This document shows, one piece after another, positions 20,175 through 30,796 of a stretch of DNA of 64,000 nt; the first letter of the stretch is position 1, and every line of letters starts with the position of its first letter. The position numbers and the translations under genes are program-made. The stretch comes from Vitreimonas sp. Lineage in GTDB: Bacteria; Patescibacteriota; Microgenomatia; UBA1400; PJMF01. A model generated the notes under the pieces. That model made no database searches. It was not told the origin of the DNA and saw only the letters and a program-made list of their open reading frames with translations. The stretch spans positions 1,034,331 through 1,098,330 of the forward strand of contig DASPLQ010000012.1 of NCBI GenBank assembly GCA_035627515.1, given 5' to 3'.

Positions 20175-21182
20175 ATGCTACTCTCGATTATTATTCTGTC
20201 CTACAACACTGAGAAACTGACACTTCAAACGCTCGAATCGGTGATAGCTGATGTGAATGCTTCACTGCCACTCAAGAATCATACTGAAATCATTGTCGTT
20301 GATAATGCTTCCCGAGATGGATCAGTGCCGGCGATTAAAAAAATTCGTAAGGCGTATCCAAAACTGGTGGAGCTGATCGAAAATGACCAAAATGTGGGTT
20401 TTCCTAAAGGCAATAATATTGGTATCAATGCTAGTACCGGCAAATATATTTTGTTGCTAAATTCCGATACCATTATCAAACCCGGTGCCTTAGAAACGCT
20501 GGTCAGAGCTTTTGAGCGTACACCCCTGAACGAAACCACGGCCTATGTCAGTAGTCATCATGGAGAACTAGATCGGTTAGGAATTGTCAGCGCGCAGTTA
20601 TTTAATGAAGATGGCTCGGTTCAGCAACAAGGTGGGTCATTGCCAACGTTCGGGGCTTTGATGTGCCACATGCTCTTGCTTGATGATTTACCGATCGTTG
20701 GTGGCTGGTTGCCTTCTACGCAGCACACGGGGATTAGAGGTAGAACTGCTGAGGCTGCTCGGAAAAAACATCCTGCCGATCCTGAACAAACTCTAGTTCA
20801 AGAAGGTTGGGTAGGGGGAGCAGCAATGATGCTGAAGCGCGAAGTGGTGCATGAGATTGGTTTGCTTGACGAAGGCATTTTTATGTACGGCGAAGACGTG
20901 GAGTATTGTCTCCGAGCGCGGGCACACCACTGGGATGTGGCGGTCTGTCCAGCCGCACACATTATTCACTTGGGGAGTGCTAGTTCATCATCTGGAAATG
21001 CTATCAAAGGTGAGTTTAAAGGCTATTTGCACATCTGGCGTAAGCACTTTTCTGCTTGGCAGTTTCCTCTGGTAAGGTTGGTTTTGCAGCTAGGAGCACT
21101 ACTCAGATGGTTCATATTTGGTACAATGGTACGGAATCCTGTGAAAGCTCGGGTTTATGCCCAGCTGTGGCGAGAACTATGA
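20175..21182 (+). CDS. GT2 glycosyltransferase (WbbL-like)
   Basis: VVDNAS.DGS, GF.KGNN.G, LLNSD, FMYGED. Confidence 0.9.
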   Translation: MLLSIIILSYNTEKLTLQTLESVIADVNASLPLKNHTEIIVVDNASRDGSVPAIKKIRKAYPKLVELIENDQNVGFPKGNNIGINASTGKYILLLNSDTIIKPGALETLVRAFERTPLNETTAYVSSHHGELDRLGIVSAQLFNEDGSVQQQGGSLPTFGALMCHMLLLDDLPIVGGWLPSTQHTGIRGRTAEAARKKHPADPEQTLVQEGWVGGAAMMLKREVVHEIGLLDEGIFMYGEDVEYCLRARAHHWDVAVCPAAHIIHLGSASSSSGNAIKGEFKGYLHIWRKHFSAWQFPLVRLVLQLGALLRWFIFGTMVRNPVKARVYAQLWREL

Positions 21183-22927
21183 ATACTTCATTTTTAACAA
21201 AAATAGGCCAATGGCTCGATCGCTACTTACTGCTTGTTTTAGCCAGTGCATTGATCGCTTTTGTGCCCTTGATGCCCAAAATTCCGCTGTTTAGCTTGAT
21301 CGAAGAATATATTGTGCGCGTTCGCAGTGAAGACTTTTTAATTTTGTTAGCAGGCGTGGTGTGGGTGATTCAATGGTTGCGAGGTAAAGTAACCTGGAGA
21401 ACACCCTTTTTCTGGGCAGTAGTGGCGTATGCCGTTGTCGGGGCGTTATCAGTTTTGAGTGGCATGTTTATTACTCAGACGGTAGTCCTTCAACCCAAAC
21501 ACGTCGGGAAAACCTTACTCCATTATTTCCGTTATCTTGAGTATTTTTCATTGTTTTTCATTCTGTCTTCCGCGATTAAAACTAAAAAAGATGTTTACAT
21601 TGCTATCAGTATATTTGTCGCTACATTAATTGGTATTAGTGCCTATGGTGTAGGGCAGAAATACCTGTATTGGCCAGTTTACTCCACCATGAATCGTGAG
21701 TTCAGCAAGGGTGTGCGGTTGTATCTTACCGAACACGCTCGCGTGCAATCCACTTTTGGTGGTCATTATGACTTGGCTGCATATTTGGTGTTGTCTTTGC
21801 CTGTGGTGTTGACGTTGGCTTTTATGATCAAGCCCCCAGCTTTGAAAGTGGGGTTGTTTGCAGCTCATTTCTTTGGGTTATGGCTCATGATTGTGAGCGC
21901 TGCTCGCACTTCTTTTGCGGCTTATTTAATCGCTGTTAGTTTAGCTTTACTGTTGATTGCCCTTGTCAGAGAAGAGACATGGCTGAAAAAATTCTGGTGG
22001 GCTGCATCCAGGTGGTTTGTGGTGATGGGTATTACTGGTGTGATGATGCTGAGCTTCGGCAACGACATGTATGAGCGTTTCCTTCAAGTACTTGAGGGAT
22101 ACCCTAAGCTACACGATACCTATCACACTATGAATGGTGAAGTGAAATGGCTTGTTCAGTACTACATTCCTGAAACCTTAGGCTTGAAAGAAGTCAGCAT
22201 TAAAGTGGAGAAGCCTGAAGGGGGAGAAGCTGTGGATGAGTTTGGGGTGATTGTGCCCAGTGATACTCAGCCCACTACTAAGCGCCCAAGTGACGTCTAT
22301 GAAGATATTCCCGACGTCGTTTACGAAGCCACCACCTCAGCTGATGGCACAATTACCTGGGAGAAAAAAGAAGTTCCTCGCCAGTTCTCAGAAAATGCAG
22401 AGCGCTATGGATTGTCTTTGGCTATCCGTCTCGATACGCTGTGGCCGCAAGCCATCCAAGGTTTTAAGCGCAATCCATTATTGGGGAGTGGGTATGCCAC
22501 GCTCAATCAAGATGCTAAACAAACCTTCATGATTGCTGATAGTACCGATAATAACTTCCTGCGGACACTGGGTGAAACAGGTTTATTAGGCTTTATTACT
22601 TTTTATGGCATCATTGGGATGGCACTCTACTTTTCTGTGCGAGCACTTAAAGACGACGATATCTTGTTACAAGCTTTGAGCATTGGTTACATTGCCGCTT
22701 CGGTGGGATTATTGCTCAATGCAGTGTATATCGATGTTTATGCGGCTTCGAAAGTTGCACAGTCGTATTGGTCAGTGACGGGCTTAATCATGGGGTATTA
22801 TTTCTTACTGCATCCTCGTGAAGCGCAGTTGAGCCCAGAAGCTCCAGCCGCACAGGTTGCTAAAACGTCCCCAACAAAGCTTGCTGTCACCCGTACTAAG
22901 ACCCGAGCTAAGAAAAAACGCTCATGA
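21179..22927 (+). CDS. O-antigen ligase/polymerase-like (Wzy_C/WaaL) membrane protein
   Basis: RVQSTFGG, S.ARTS, IR...WP.A...F..NPLLGSG, DNNFLRTLGETGLLG; start at ATG 21179 (ATGA overlap). Confidence 0.8.
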   Translation: MNTSFLTKIGQWLDRYLLLVLASALIAFVPLMPKIPLFSLIEEYIVRVRSEDFLILLAGVVWVIQWLRGKVTWRTPFFWAVVAYAVVGALSVLSGMFITQTVVLQPKHVGKTLLHYFRYLEYFSLFFILSSAIKTKKDVYIAISIFVATLIGISAYGVGQKYLYWPVYSTMNREFSKGVRLYLTEHARVQSTFGGHYDLAAYLVLSLPVVLTLAFMIKPPALKVGLFAAHFFGLWLMIVSAARTSFAAYLIAVSLALLLIALVREETWLKKFWWAASRWFVVMGITGVMMLSFGNDMYERFLQVLEGYPKLHDTYHTMNGEVKWLVQYYIPETLGLKEVSIKVEKPEGGEAVDEFGVIVPSDTQPTTKRPSDVYEDIPDVVYEATTSADGTITWEKKEVPRQFSENAERYGLSLAIRLDTLWPQAIQGFKRNPLLGSGYATLNQDAKQTFMIADSTDNNFLRTLGETGLLGFITFYGIIGMALYFSVRALKDDDILLQALSIGYIAASVGLLLNAVYIDVYAASKVAQSYWSVTGLIMGYYFLLHPREAQLSPEAPAAQVAKTSPTKLAVTRTKTRAKKKRS

Positions 22928-24426
22928 AAAAATGGATCGACCTTGTTCTCCTAGTGCTGATTTTGAGTATCGCCGCTGGAGTGAGACTGTACCGAGTTAC
23001 TGCGCCTTTAGCTGATTGGCACAGTTGGCGCCAAGCTGATACTGCCTCCGTGACTCGAGAATACGTAAAGCACAATTATCCCCTGACTTTATCCCATTTT
23101 CATGACTTGTCCAACATTCCCAGTGGTGAAGAAAACCCTCAGGGATGGCGAATGGTTGAGTTTCCGATTGTAAATTATCTAGTAGCCGGAGTTTTACGAC
23201 AATGGCCGATGCTAGATTTGGTGAGTACGTATCGCGTTTTTTCTATTTTTGCTTCGTTGATCATGATCTCTGCTTTGTATATCTTAGTACAAACTATTAG
23301 TAATGATCGCTGGCTGAGTGGGTTGACAGCGCTGATCGTAGCGCTGATGCCATACTCCATTTTCTACTCTCGGGTGATTTTACCTGAGCCTTATATGTTG
23401 GCTGCACAGGTACTCAGTTTATTGGCTTTTGTGAAGTGGTTGCAAAGTTTATCTACCACTTCGAAAAGTAATTCGAGCTCTTTAGTCGCCTGGTCGTGGT
23501 TTGTGCTCTCAGTAGCTTGCATGGCACTCGCTTTGTTGCTTAAGCCGCCCGCTATTTTTATTGCTCCTGTATTTGCCATCATGGCCTGGTGGTACCTGGG
23601 TTGGAAGTTTATCACTACCTGGCAGTTATATGTCTATGGTGTGGTAGCTTTATTGCCCATGTTGTGGTGGCGCACCTTTATTCAAGATTATGCTGTAGGT
23701 ATTCCCGCTTCAGATTGGTTATGGAATGGTAATGGTATCCGACTTAAACCGAGCTGGTGGCGCTGGTTGTTCGCTGATCGCATCGATCGCTTGATGCTGG
23801 GTTATTGGGGAAGTGTGTTTCTATTTTTAGGTATGGCGGTCAAAAGTGCCAAGGACAAATGGAGTGCGATCGATATTTTATCTCTGAGCTGGTTTGGATC
23901 GATGGTATTGTATTTAGTGATGTTAGCCACTGGTAATGTCCAACATGATTATTATCAAGCTATGTTGGTGCCTAGCATAGCTCTGATGGTCGCTCGTGGG
24001 GTAGTGTGGTATTGGCGTTTGCCAAGTACAGTCGTAGCACGCTGGGTGGTGGTAGCGAGTACCGTGTGGGTGGCGGCCTTAGCTGGCTTTTTATCATGGT
24101 ATGAAGTCCGAGGTTACTTTAACATTAATAATCCAGCCATTGTGGAAGCCGGCAAGCGCGTCGATGCGTTAGTGCCAGCAGATGCGCTGGTGATTGCGCC
24201 ATACCAGGGTGATACGGCGTTTTTATTTCAAACTAACCGTCGAGGGTGGCCCATCGGGGGTTTAATTCCGCAGCGAATTGAACAAGGGGCGAGTGTGTAC
24301 GTCACAACAGCCCTTGACGATGAAGCCAAAGCGTTGCAAACTCAATACCAGACAATTGAACAGAAACCTGAATACTTGATTTTAGATTTGAGTAAACCAG
24401 TTCCTGCTAGTGCTTCTGCCCGCTAA
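22924..24426 (+). CDS. GT-C fold membrane glycosyltransferase
   Basis: WHSWRQADTA, EFPI, YSR.ILPE, HDYYQ, many TM helices. Confidence 0.82.
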   Translation: MKKWIDLVLLVLILSIAAGVRLYRVTAPLADWHSWRQADTASVTREYVKHNYPLTLSHFHDLSNIPSGEENPQGWRMVEFPIVNYLVAGVLRQWPMLDLVSTYRVFSIFASLIMISALYILVQTISNDRWLSGLTALIVALMPYSIFYSRVILPEPYMLAAQVLSLLAFVKWLQSLSTTSKSNSSSLVAWSWFVLSVACMALALLLKPPAIFIAPVFAIMAWWYLGWKFITTWQLYVYGVVALLPMLWWRTFIQDYAVGIPASDWLWNGNGIRLKPSWWRWLFADRIDRLMLGYWGSVFLFLGMAVKSAKDKWSAIDILSLSWFGSMVLYLVMLATGNVQHDYYQAMLVPSIALMVARGVVWYWRLPSTVVARWVVVASTVWVAALAGFLSWYEVRGYFNINNPAIVEAGKRVDALVPADALVIAPYQGDTAFLFQTNRRGWPIGGLIPQRIEQGASVYVTTALDDEAKALQTQYQTIEQKPEYLILDLSKPVPASASAR

Positions 24427-24429
24427 GTT

Positions 24430-25653
24430 ATGAAAGTTTTAATGCTTACCCCCTATTTGCCGTATCCGTTATTGTCGGGTGGGCAAATCCGTACGTATAA
24501 CTTGCTCAAAAAATTAGCTAAGAAGCACGATATTACCCTTTTTGCCTTGATTAAAGAAAATACCGAACGGCAGTATATTCCTGAGCTCGAAAAATATTGT
24601 AAAAAAGTTCGGGTGTTTAAGCGTTCACAAAAGCCTTTTACGTTAAAAAATATTTTGCAAACTGGCTTTTCCAGTTTTCCGTTTTTAGTTATTCGTAACT
24701 ACGTGCCAGAAACGGTCAAAGCTGTCAAAAGTGAGCTGGAAACTGAACATTACGATTTGATTCATGCCGAGACGTTTTACATGATGCCCCACTTGCCTCC
24801 CACCAGCATTCCCACTATTTTAGTTGAGCAAACGATCGAGTACTTGGGGTATGAAAGTTATGCCAAACGAGCATGGCGCTTATTGAGACCACTGCTTAAC
24901 ATTGATATTCAAAAAATCCAACGTTGGGAAGAGTACTATTGGCGGACGTGTGAAAAGCTGATTGTAATGAGCGAGGAGGATCGCCAGTTTATTGCCAACA
25001 CGGTGGGCAGTGATAAAAACATCGAAGTGGTAGCCAATGGTGTAGATGTAAAGTGGTTTCAAGAAAAACCGCATCAATTGCCTAAAGAGCCAACCGTTTT
25101 ATCAGTGGGTACCTTTAAGTGGTTGCCCAACATTGAAGCTGTAGATTTCTTAGCAAAAAAGGTGTGGCCTAAAATTAAAACCAGCTTGCCCAAAGCGCGC
25201 TTATGGATTGTGGGCAATGCCCCCACCAAAGAAATTGTGGGTCTGCAGCAAAAAGATACCAGTATTACGGTCACCGGCGGAATTCCCGATATTCGCGATG
25301 CCTTTAAGGGAGCTCATGTGTTAGTAGCGACGGTGTTTAGTGGTAAAGGGACACGATATAAAATTTTAGAAGCTTTAGCGAGTGAGACGCCGGTGGTGGC
25401 AACGGAGATAGCAGTAGAAGGATTGGGTGTGGAGAACGGACGTGAAGTAGTCACGAGTAACACCCCGGAAGGTTTGTCAGAGTTAACAGTACAAGTTTTG
25501 ACAGATCAAAAATTGCGCCAAAGTCTAGCCAAAAAAGGCTTGGAGTTTGTGACCAAGAACTTTGACTGGGATTTGATTTCTCAGAAGTTGGATCGCATTT
25601 ATCTGGAGCTAGGTCGGACTCGGCGCACCACGGTCGCCAATCAACGTAAATAA
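24430..25653 (+). CDS. GT4 glycosyltransferase
   Basis: PYP..SGG.IR, PN.EA, G.GTRYKILEA. Confidence 0.88.
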   Translation: MKVLMLTPYLPYPLLSGGQIRTYNLLKKLAKKHDITLFALIKENTERQYIPELEKYCKKVRVFKRSQKPFTLKNILQTGFSSFPFLVIRNYVPETVKAVKSELETEHYDLIHAETFYMMPHLPPTSIPTILVEQTIEYLGYESYAKRAWRLLRPLLNIDIQKIQRWEEYYWRTCEKLIVMSEEDRQFIANTVGSDKNIEVVANGVDVKWFQEKPHQLPKEPTVLSVGTFKWLPNIEAVDFLAKKVWPKIKTSLPKARLWIVGNAPTKEIVGLQQKDTSITVTGGIPDIRDAFKGAHVLVATVFSGKGTRYKILEALASETPVVATEIAVEGLGVENGREVVTSNTPEGLSELTVQVLTDQKLRQSLAKKGLEFVTKNFDWDLISQKLDRIYLELGRTRRTTVANQRK

Positions 25654-25656
25654 TTT

Positions 25657-26532
25657 ATGGCACAACCATACGATCTGACCATCATTATTCTCAGTTATAA
25701 CAGCCAGTTTTGGTTGAAAAAAACCTTAGATACTTTAAAAGCTTTTTATCTGCGACGCAGTAAATTACAGATCAAAGTAGTGGTGGTGGATAACCACAGT
25801 AGTGACGAATCGGTAGCTATGGTGCAGAAACAGTTCAAATGGGTAGAGCTGAAAGAGCTTGAAGATAATTTTGGTTTTGCCAAAGGTAACAATCAGGCGC
25901 TGGCAGAGGTAAACAGCCGGTATGTGATGCTGTTAAATTCCGATGTGGAGTCTACCACTGAAACTAAGTTAGATCAGTTAATTGCGTATATGGATGAAAA
26001 TCCCAAAGTGGGGGTGGTGACACCCAAAGTGCAATTGAATGATGGCAGTTTAGATTGGGCATCTCACCGGGGTGAGCCAAGTTTGTGGGCCAGCTTTACG
26101 TACTTTGTTGGTTTAGAAAAGATCTTCCCAACCTCGGCAGTTTTTGGTCAGTATCATCAGGCCTATCAGGATTTGAGAAATATACATGAGATTGATGCTT
26201 GCTCGGGTGCAGCGATGATTGTCCGCACCTCTGCGATGAAGAAGGTGGGTTTTTTGGATGAACAATTTTTTATGTATGCTGAAGATCTCGACTGGTGTAA
26301 GCGATTTCGCGAAGCTGGTTATAAGGTAATGTTTCATCCCGCTGCCACGGTAATACATCACAAATATAAATCTGGTTTGTCAGGGTCTACGCACCAAGTT
26401 CAACGCAAGACAACCGGATACTTTTACGATACAATGCTGCAATATTACGACAAACATTATCGAGCACAGTACCCAGCTTGGGTGAGAACGATTATCAAAT
26501 ATTTACTTACTCTAAAAAAGGGAGGTCTATGA
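25657..26532 (+). CDS. GT2 glycosyltransferase (WbbL-like)
   Basis: VVDN.S.D, GFAKGNN, LLNSD, FFMYAEDLDW. Confidence 0.9.
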   Translation: MAQPYDLTIIILSYNSQFWLKKTLDTLKAFYLRRSKLQIKVVVVDNHSSDESVAMVQKQFKWVELKELEDNFGFAKGNNQALAEVNSRYVMLLNSDVESTTETKLDQLIAYMDENPKVGVVTPKVQLNDGSLDWASHRGEPSLWASFTYFVGLEKIFPTSAVFGQYHQAYQDLRNIHEIDACSGAAMIVRTSAMKKVGFLDEQFFMYAEDLDWCKRFREAGYKVMFHPAATVIHHKYKSGLSGSTHQVQRKTTGYFYDTMLQYYDKHYRAQYPAWVRTIIKYLLTLKKGGL

Positions 26533-26960
26533 CCAATTCTTCTATTCATTTTAAAGTTGAGCAGCTTCGTCAAAAAAGCTTGCTGAAGACAGTCGAGTCA
26601 GTTGCTGTGTTTTTCTTCAGTATTTTTGTGACAGCTTTCTTGCCAAACTTGTTGATCCGCTACGTCTATGCCAATCAGCAATTATTTGAACAGCCAAAAT
26701 TATTAGAGTACATTCCTACCGTTAGCTTTGTGTTAGCAGTGGCTTACTTTTTATTTGCGATGATCGGCAACTTATTACGCGAAATGAAAGCTCAAAAATT
26801 GGAAAAAGAAGCCGAATCAATGGTTGGTTGTGATTGTGAAGACTGCGACTGTGGTTCTCATGATTCACACATGACCATGATGCCTGAATCTGCAAGTGTT
26901 AATGAGTTATCAGCTGCCTTAAAAAAATCGAGCCGCGGCCGCAAAACTAGTAAAAAATAA
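26529..26960 (+). CDS. 2-TM hypothetical protein with a Cys/His cluster and a basic tail
   Basis: SD GGAGG before ATG 26529; GCDCEDCDCGSHDSH. Confidence 0.7.
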   Translation: MTNSSIHFKVEQLRQKSLLKTVESVAVFFFSIFVTAFLPNLLIRYVYANQQLFEQPKLLEYIPTVSFVLAVAYFLFAMIGNLLREMKAQKLEKEAESMVGCDCEDCDCGSHDSHMTMMPESASVNELSAALKKSSRGRKTSKK

Positions 26961-26970
26961 TTAATTCAGT

Positions 26971-28101
26971 ATGCGAATTGGGATTGATTGCCGGCTGGCG
27001 GGAAAACGTCACGCCGGCATCGGTCGGTACATAGAGAACTTAGTCAGACGCTTGCCCTCACAAGTCGCATCAGTGACGTGGGTGTTGTTTTTCCATGATC
27101 AAGAACAGCAGAGTGAAATACTAGGCAATAAATCTTTAAAAAATGTGGAAGTAGTGTTAGCCCCCGTGAAACACTATTCGATGGCTGAACAACTAAAAAT
27201 GCCCGGTATTTTTCGCCGCGCTAAATTAGATTTACTGCATATACCCCACTTTAATGTCCCGTTGCTATATCGTGGCAAAATTGTGGTTACGATTCATGAT
27301 TTATTATGGCATGAGTACAGAGGTGCACATGTCACCACCTTATCGCCGGTTGTGTATTGGTTAAAATATTGGGTGTACCGTCGTGTTACTGCCGCGGCTG
27401 TCAAACGAGCCCGAGTTATTTTTGTGCCCGCTCAAACTATTAAACGAGTAGTTAGTAAGTATTATTCCAAGGTGGAGAAAAAAATTCAGGTCACTAAAGA
27501 AGGAGTGGGAGTTCAAAATCTCAATAATTCAAATCCCATCCGCCGGCTGGCGGACCAAATTCCAACTGGGCAAAAAACTTTTTCTGATTTACTGTATGTT
27601 GGTTCGTTATATCCACATAAAAATATTAAAGTAGTAGTGGATGCGTTAAAACAGCTTCCCAATTTCACCCTGACACTGATCGGCTCACGTAATGTCTTCC
27701 AAGACCAAGTCAAAGAATATGTCAGAAAACAAGGGGTAGAGAAGCAGGTGACTTTCGCCGGGTATGTCGCTGACGAAAAATTAGGAGATTACTACTCATT
27801 GGCATTAGCGTTAGTGCAGCCTTCATTATCCGAGGGATTTGGTTTGACAGGTGTCGAAGCTTTAGCTGCTGGTGTCCCCGTCTTAGCCTCTAATATTCCC
27901 ATTTTTAATGAAATCTATAAAGATGCTGCCCTTTATTTTGATCCTCACTCTGCAGATTCATTTATAAAAGCGGTCAAAAAACTGCAAGCCTCCGACAGAA
28001 AAAAGGTCGTCAACCGTGGGTACAAAATTGCCAAAGAATATAGCTGGGATAAAATGGTCCAAGAAACCTGGCAGGGATATCAACAAGCGCTAAAAGCTTA
28101 A
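26971..28101 (+). CDS. GT4 glycosyltransferase
   Basis: GIGRY, TIHDL, YVG..YPHKN, EGFGL..VEA. Confidence 0.9.
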   Translation: MRIGIDCRLAGKRHAGIGRYIENLVRRLPSQVASVTWVLFFHDQEQQSEILGNKSLKNVEVVLAPVKHYSMAEQLKMPGIFRRAKLDLLHIPHFNVPLLYRGKIVVTIHDLLWHEYRGAHVTTLSPVVYWLKYWVYRRVTAAAVKRARVIFVPAQTIKRVVSKYYSKVEKKIQVTKEGVGVQNLNNSNPIRRLADQIPTGQKTFSDLLYVGSLYPHKNIKVVVDALKQLPNFTLTLIGSRNVFQDQVKEYVRKQGVEKQVTFAGYVADEKLGDYYSLALALVQPSLSEGFGLTGVEALAAGVPVLASNIPIFNEIYKDAALYFDPHSADSFIKAVKKLQASDRKKVVNRGYKIAKEYSWDKMVQETWQGYQQALKA

Positions 28102-28107
28102 GGACAT

Positions 28108-28551
28108 ATGGCTCAATCGGCTCGTTTCACGCTCATAACTGCTGTGCACTTGTTTTTAGTTAAAGGTGATCAGGTTTTGTTGGCACGACGTTACCAGACA
28201 GGATATGAAGATGGCAAGTATAGCGTCCCGGCGGGGCATGTGGATGGCAATGAAACTATCACTACCGCTTTAGTCCGAGAGGCTGCCGAAGAAATTGGGA
28301 TTGTAATTTCACCACAAAATATTGAGTTTGCCCATGTCATGCATCGCATTACCGATCGCGAGTCCGTGGACTTCTTTTTTTGGTGTCGGGACTGGCACGG
28401 TGAGCCAAAGATCGGTGAGCCAGAAAAATGTGATGAGTTGCGTTGGGTATCTCTCAGTGGCTTACCCAGTAACACCATCCCTTATATTAAAAATGCCTTA
28501 GAAATGGCCTTAACACAGACACCTTATTCTGAGTTAGGATGGTCAGCATGA
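28108..28551 (+). CDS. NUDIX hydrolase
   Basis: Nudix box GHVDGNETITTALVREAAEEIG; EPEKC. Confidence 0.9.
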   Translation: MAQSARFTLITAVHLFLVKGDQVLLARRYQTGYEDGKYSVPAGHVDGNETITTALVREAAEEIGIVISPQNIEFAHVMHRITDRESVDFFFWCRDWHGEPKIGEPEKCDELRWVSLSGLPSNTIPYIKNALEMALTQTPYSELGWSA

Positions 28552-29696
28552 AGCAAGCTCGCGTGGCTTTAGTTTATGATCGAGTCAATACCCCACATGG
28601 TGGTGCAGAGAAAGTACTTTTAGCCTTGCATGATATCTTTCCTGAGGCTCCCCTTTATACATCTGTTTATCACAGAGATCAGGCACGTTGGGCGCAGATT
28701 TTCCAAGTTGTTCCCTCCTTTTTACAACGCTTGCCAGGTGCGGACTCTGCTCACCGCTGGTTAGCTCCGTTAATGCCGCTGGCTTTTGAGAGTTTTGATC
28801 TCGACGAATACGACATCGTCATTTCTATTACCAGTGCTGAAGCTAAAGGCGTGATCACCAAGCCTCATCAACTTCACATCTGCTATTTACTGACTCCTAC
28901 CCGTTACTTATATAGTCATCACGATGAGTATCTCAGCTCACTGCCAAACTTACCCGGTTTGAAGTGGGTTGCGGCTCGTTTATTAGCTTATCTACGGTGG
29001 TGGGATGAAAGTGCTGCCTTTAGGCCCGATGTTTACATTCCCATTTCCCAGCTGGTAGGTGAGCGGTGTGGTGAGTTCTATCATACTGAGCCAGATGCGG
29101 TGTTATATCCACCTCTGGAGCTAGACACTAACGTTCAATTACAATCACCCCTGACGACTTTACCTGACAATTACTATTTAGTTGTATCGCGTTTAGTAGA
29201 GTATAAACGTGTAGACTTGGCGATTCAGGCCTGTCAGGAGCTAGGAAGAAACTTGGTGATTGTAGGCGTAGGGCCAGAAGAAAACAAACTCAGAGCTTTA
29301 GCAACTCAAAATAATAAAGCGAAGGTTACCTTTTTAGGCAGTCTCTCACCTTCAGAACTGATAGATATTACTAATCGTGCCACTAGCCTGTTGATGCCCG
29401 GACTCGAGGATTTTGGTATCACTGCTCTGGAAACAGTCGCTCAGGGAACTCCCGCCATTCTGCACGCCCAGAGTGGAGCAGCCGAGTTACTTACAGATGG
29501 AAAAGAAGCAGTTTTTATTGATGAGGCCACACTTTCAGCTCTGATTGACGCCATCAAACGTCTTGAAACCATATCATTTAATAAAAGACAAATGCAGAAA
29601 AAAATGCAAAAGTATGCTACAACTATCTTTTGTGAGACCTTTCAGGCACGGGTGTTACACCACTGGCAAAGGTTTCAAGATGAAAGGAAGGTATGA
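28548..29696 (+). CDS. GT4 glycosyltransferase (WbaZ-like mannosyltransferase)
   Basis: GGAEKV, TPTRYL, SRLV.YKR, EDFGI..LE. Confidence 0.88.
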   Translation: MKQARVALVYDRVNTPHGGAEKVLLALHDIFPEAPLYTSVYHRDQARWAQIFQVVPSFLQRLPGADSAHRWLAPLMPLAFESFDLDEYDIVISITSAEAKGVITKPHQLHICYLLTPTRYLYSHHDEYLSSLPNLPGLKWVAARLLAYLRWWDESAAFRPDVYIPISQLVGERCGEFYHTEPDAVLYPPLELDTNVQLQSPLTTLPDNYYLVVSRLVEYKRVDLAIQACQELGRNLVIVGVGPEENKLRALATQNNKAKVTFLGSLSPSELIDITNRATSLLMPGLEDFGITALETVAQGTPAILHAQSGAAELLTDGKEAVFIDEATLSALIDAIKRLETISFNKRQMQKKMQKYATTIFCETFQARVLHHWQRFQDERKV

Positions 29697-30796
29697 ATCC
29701 TTTAGATCACACATATGCAGTTATTCTGGCTGGGGGTGGTGGCACACGATTGTGGCCTAAATCTCGTGAAAAAACTCCTAAGCAATTCTTAAAGTTAACG
29801 AGCAAAGACACCATGATGCAGGTGGCAGCAGCCCGTGTTACTAAACTGGTCAGCTGGGATCGCGTGATCGTGGTGACTAATCAAAAATATCGTGATGAAG
29901 TTCGCCACCAATTACCTGAAGTTCCCGAAGAAAATATCATTGCTGAGCCTGATAAACGCGATACTGCCTTAGCAATGTTGACTGGCTCTCTGTTTGCCAA
30001 ATCCAAAGATCCCGATGCGATTGTTATTAATAGTGCTTCTGACCACGTTGTTCCTGATGAAAAGGAGTTTGTGCGTGTCATGAAAGCTGCCATTCAAGTG
30101 GCTTCCGAAGGTCAAACATTGATTACTGTAGGTATCACTCCCACCTTTCCTTCGAGTGCCTTTGGATATATTAAAATTGGCACGGAACTAAAGAAACTTG
30201 ATAAGGGGCTGTCACTCTTCAATGTGGCCAGCTTTACTGAAAAACCCAATGTAGCTACTGCTCAAGCTTTTATTTCCACTGGTCGTTACTTTTGGAATGC
30301 CAATATGTATGTGTGGTCAGCAGCAGGTTTGAAAGAGGCTTTCCACCAACACATGCCTAAGATGTACGAGCTGACTGAAAAACTGGACACATTATCGCCT
30401 CAAGAATTTCATCAGGCTTTACCTGACGTCTACAAAGAAGCAGAAGCTATTTCCATCGATTATGCAATTTCAGAGAAAGCTGATAACTTGGTGCTCATTC
30501 CTGGTGACTTTGGCTGGAACGACGTTGGTGATTGGAAAGTAGTTTATGATCTAGGCACCAAAGATTTAGCGGGGAACGTGATTGTAGGTGATGGCGATCA
30601 GATCAATACATTGGCGATTGGATCACAAAATAACCTGATTCATGCCGATGGTCGATTGGTAGCTTTGGTAGGAATTGATGACATGATCATTGTCGATACT
30701 CCCGAAATTTTAATGATTGTGCCTAAATCTCGCAGTCAAGATGTCAAAAAATTAGTCGAGCGCTTAAAAGAAGAAGGTAAGAAAGAATATTTATAA
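29693..30796 (+). CDS. manC: mannose-1-phosphate guanylyltransferase
   Basis: LAGGGGTRLWPKSR..PKQF, EP..RDTA, FTEKP, SIDYA, WNDVG.W. Confidence 0.93.
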   Translation: MNPLDHTYAVILAGGGGTRLWPKSREKTPKQFLKLTSKDTMMQVAAARVTKLVSWDRVIVVTNQKYRDEVRHQLPEVPEENIIAEPDKRDTALAMLTGSLFAKSKDPDAIVINSASDHVVPDEKEFVRVMKAAIQVASEGQTLITVGITPTFPSSAFGYIKIGTELKKLDKGLSLFNVASFTEKPNVATAQAFISTGRYFWNANMYVWSAAGLKEAFHQHMPKMYELTEKLDTLSPQEFHQALPDVYKEAEAISIDYAISEKADNLVLIPGDFGWNDVGDWKVVYDLGTKDLAGNVIVGDGDQINTLAIGSQNNLIHADGRLVALVGIDDMIIVDTPEILMIVPKSRSQDVKKLVERLKEEGKKEYL

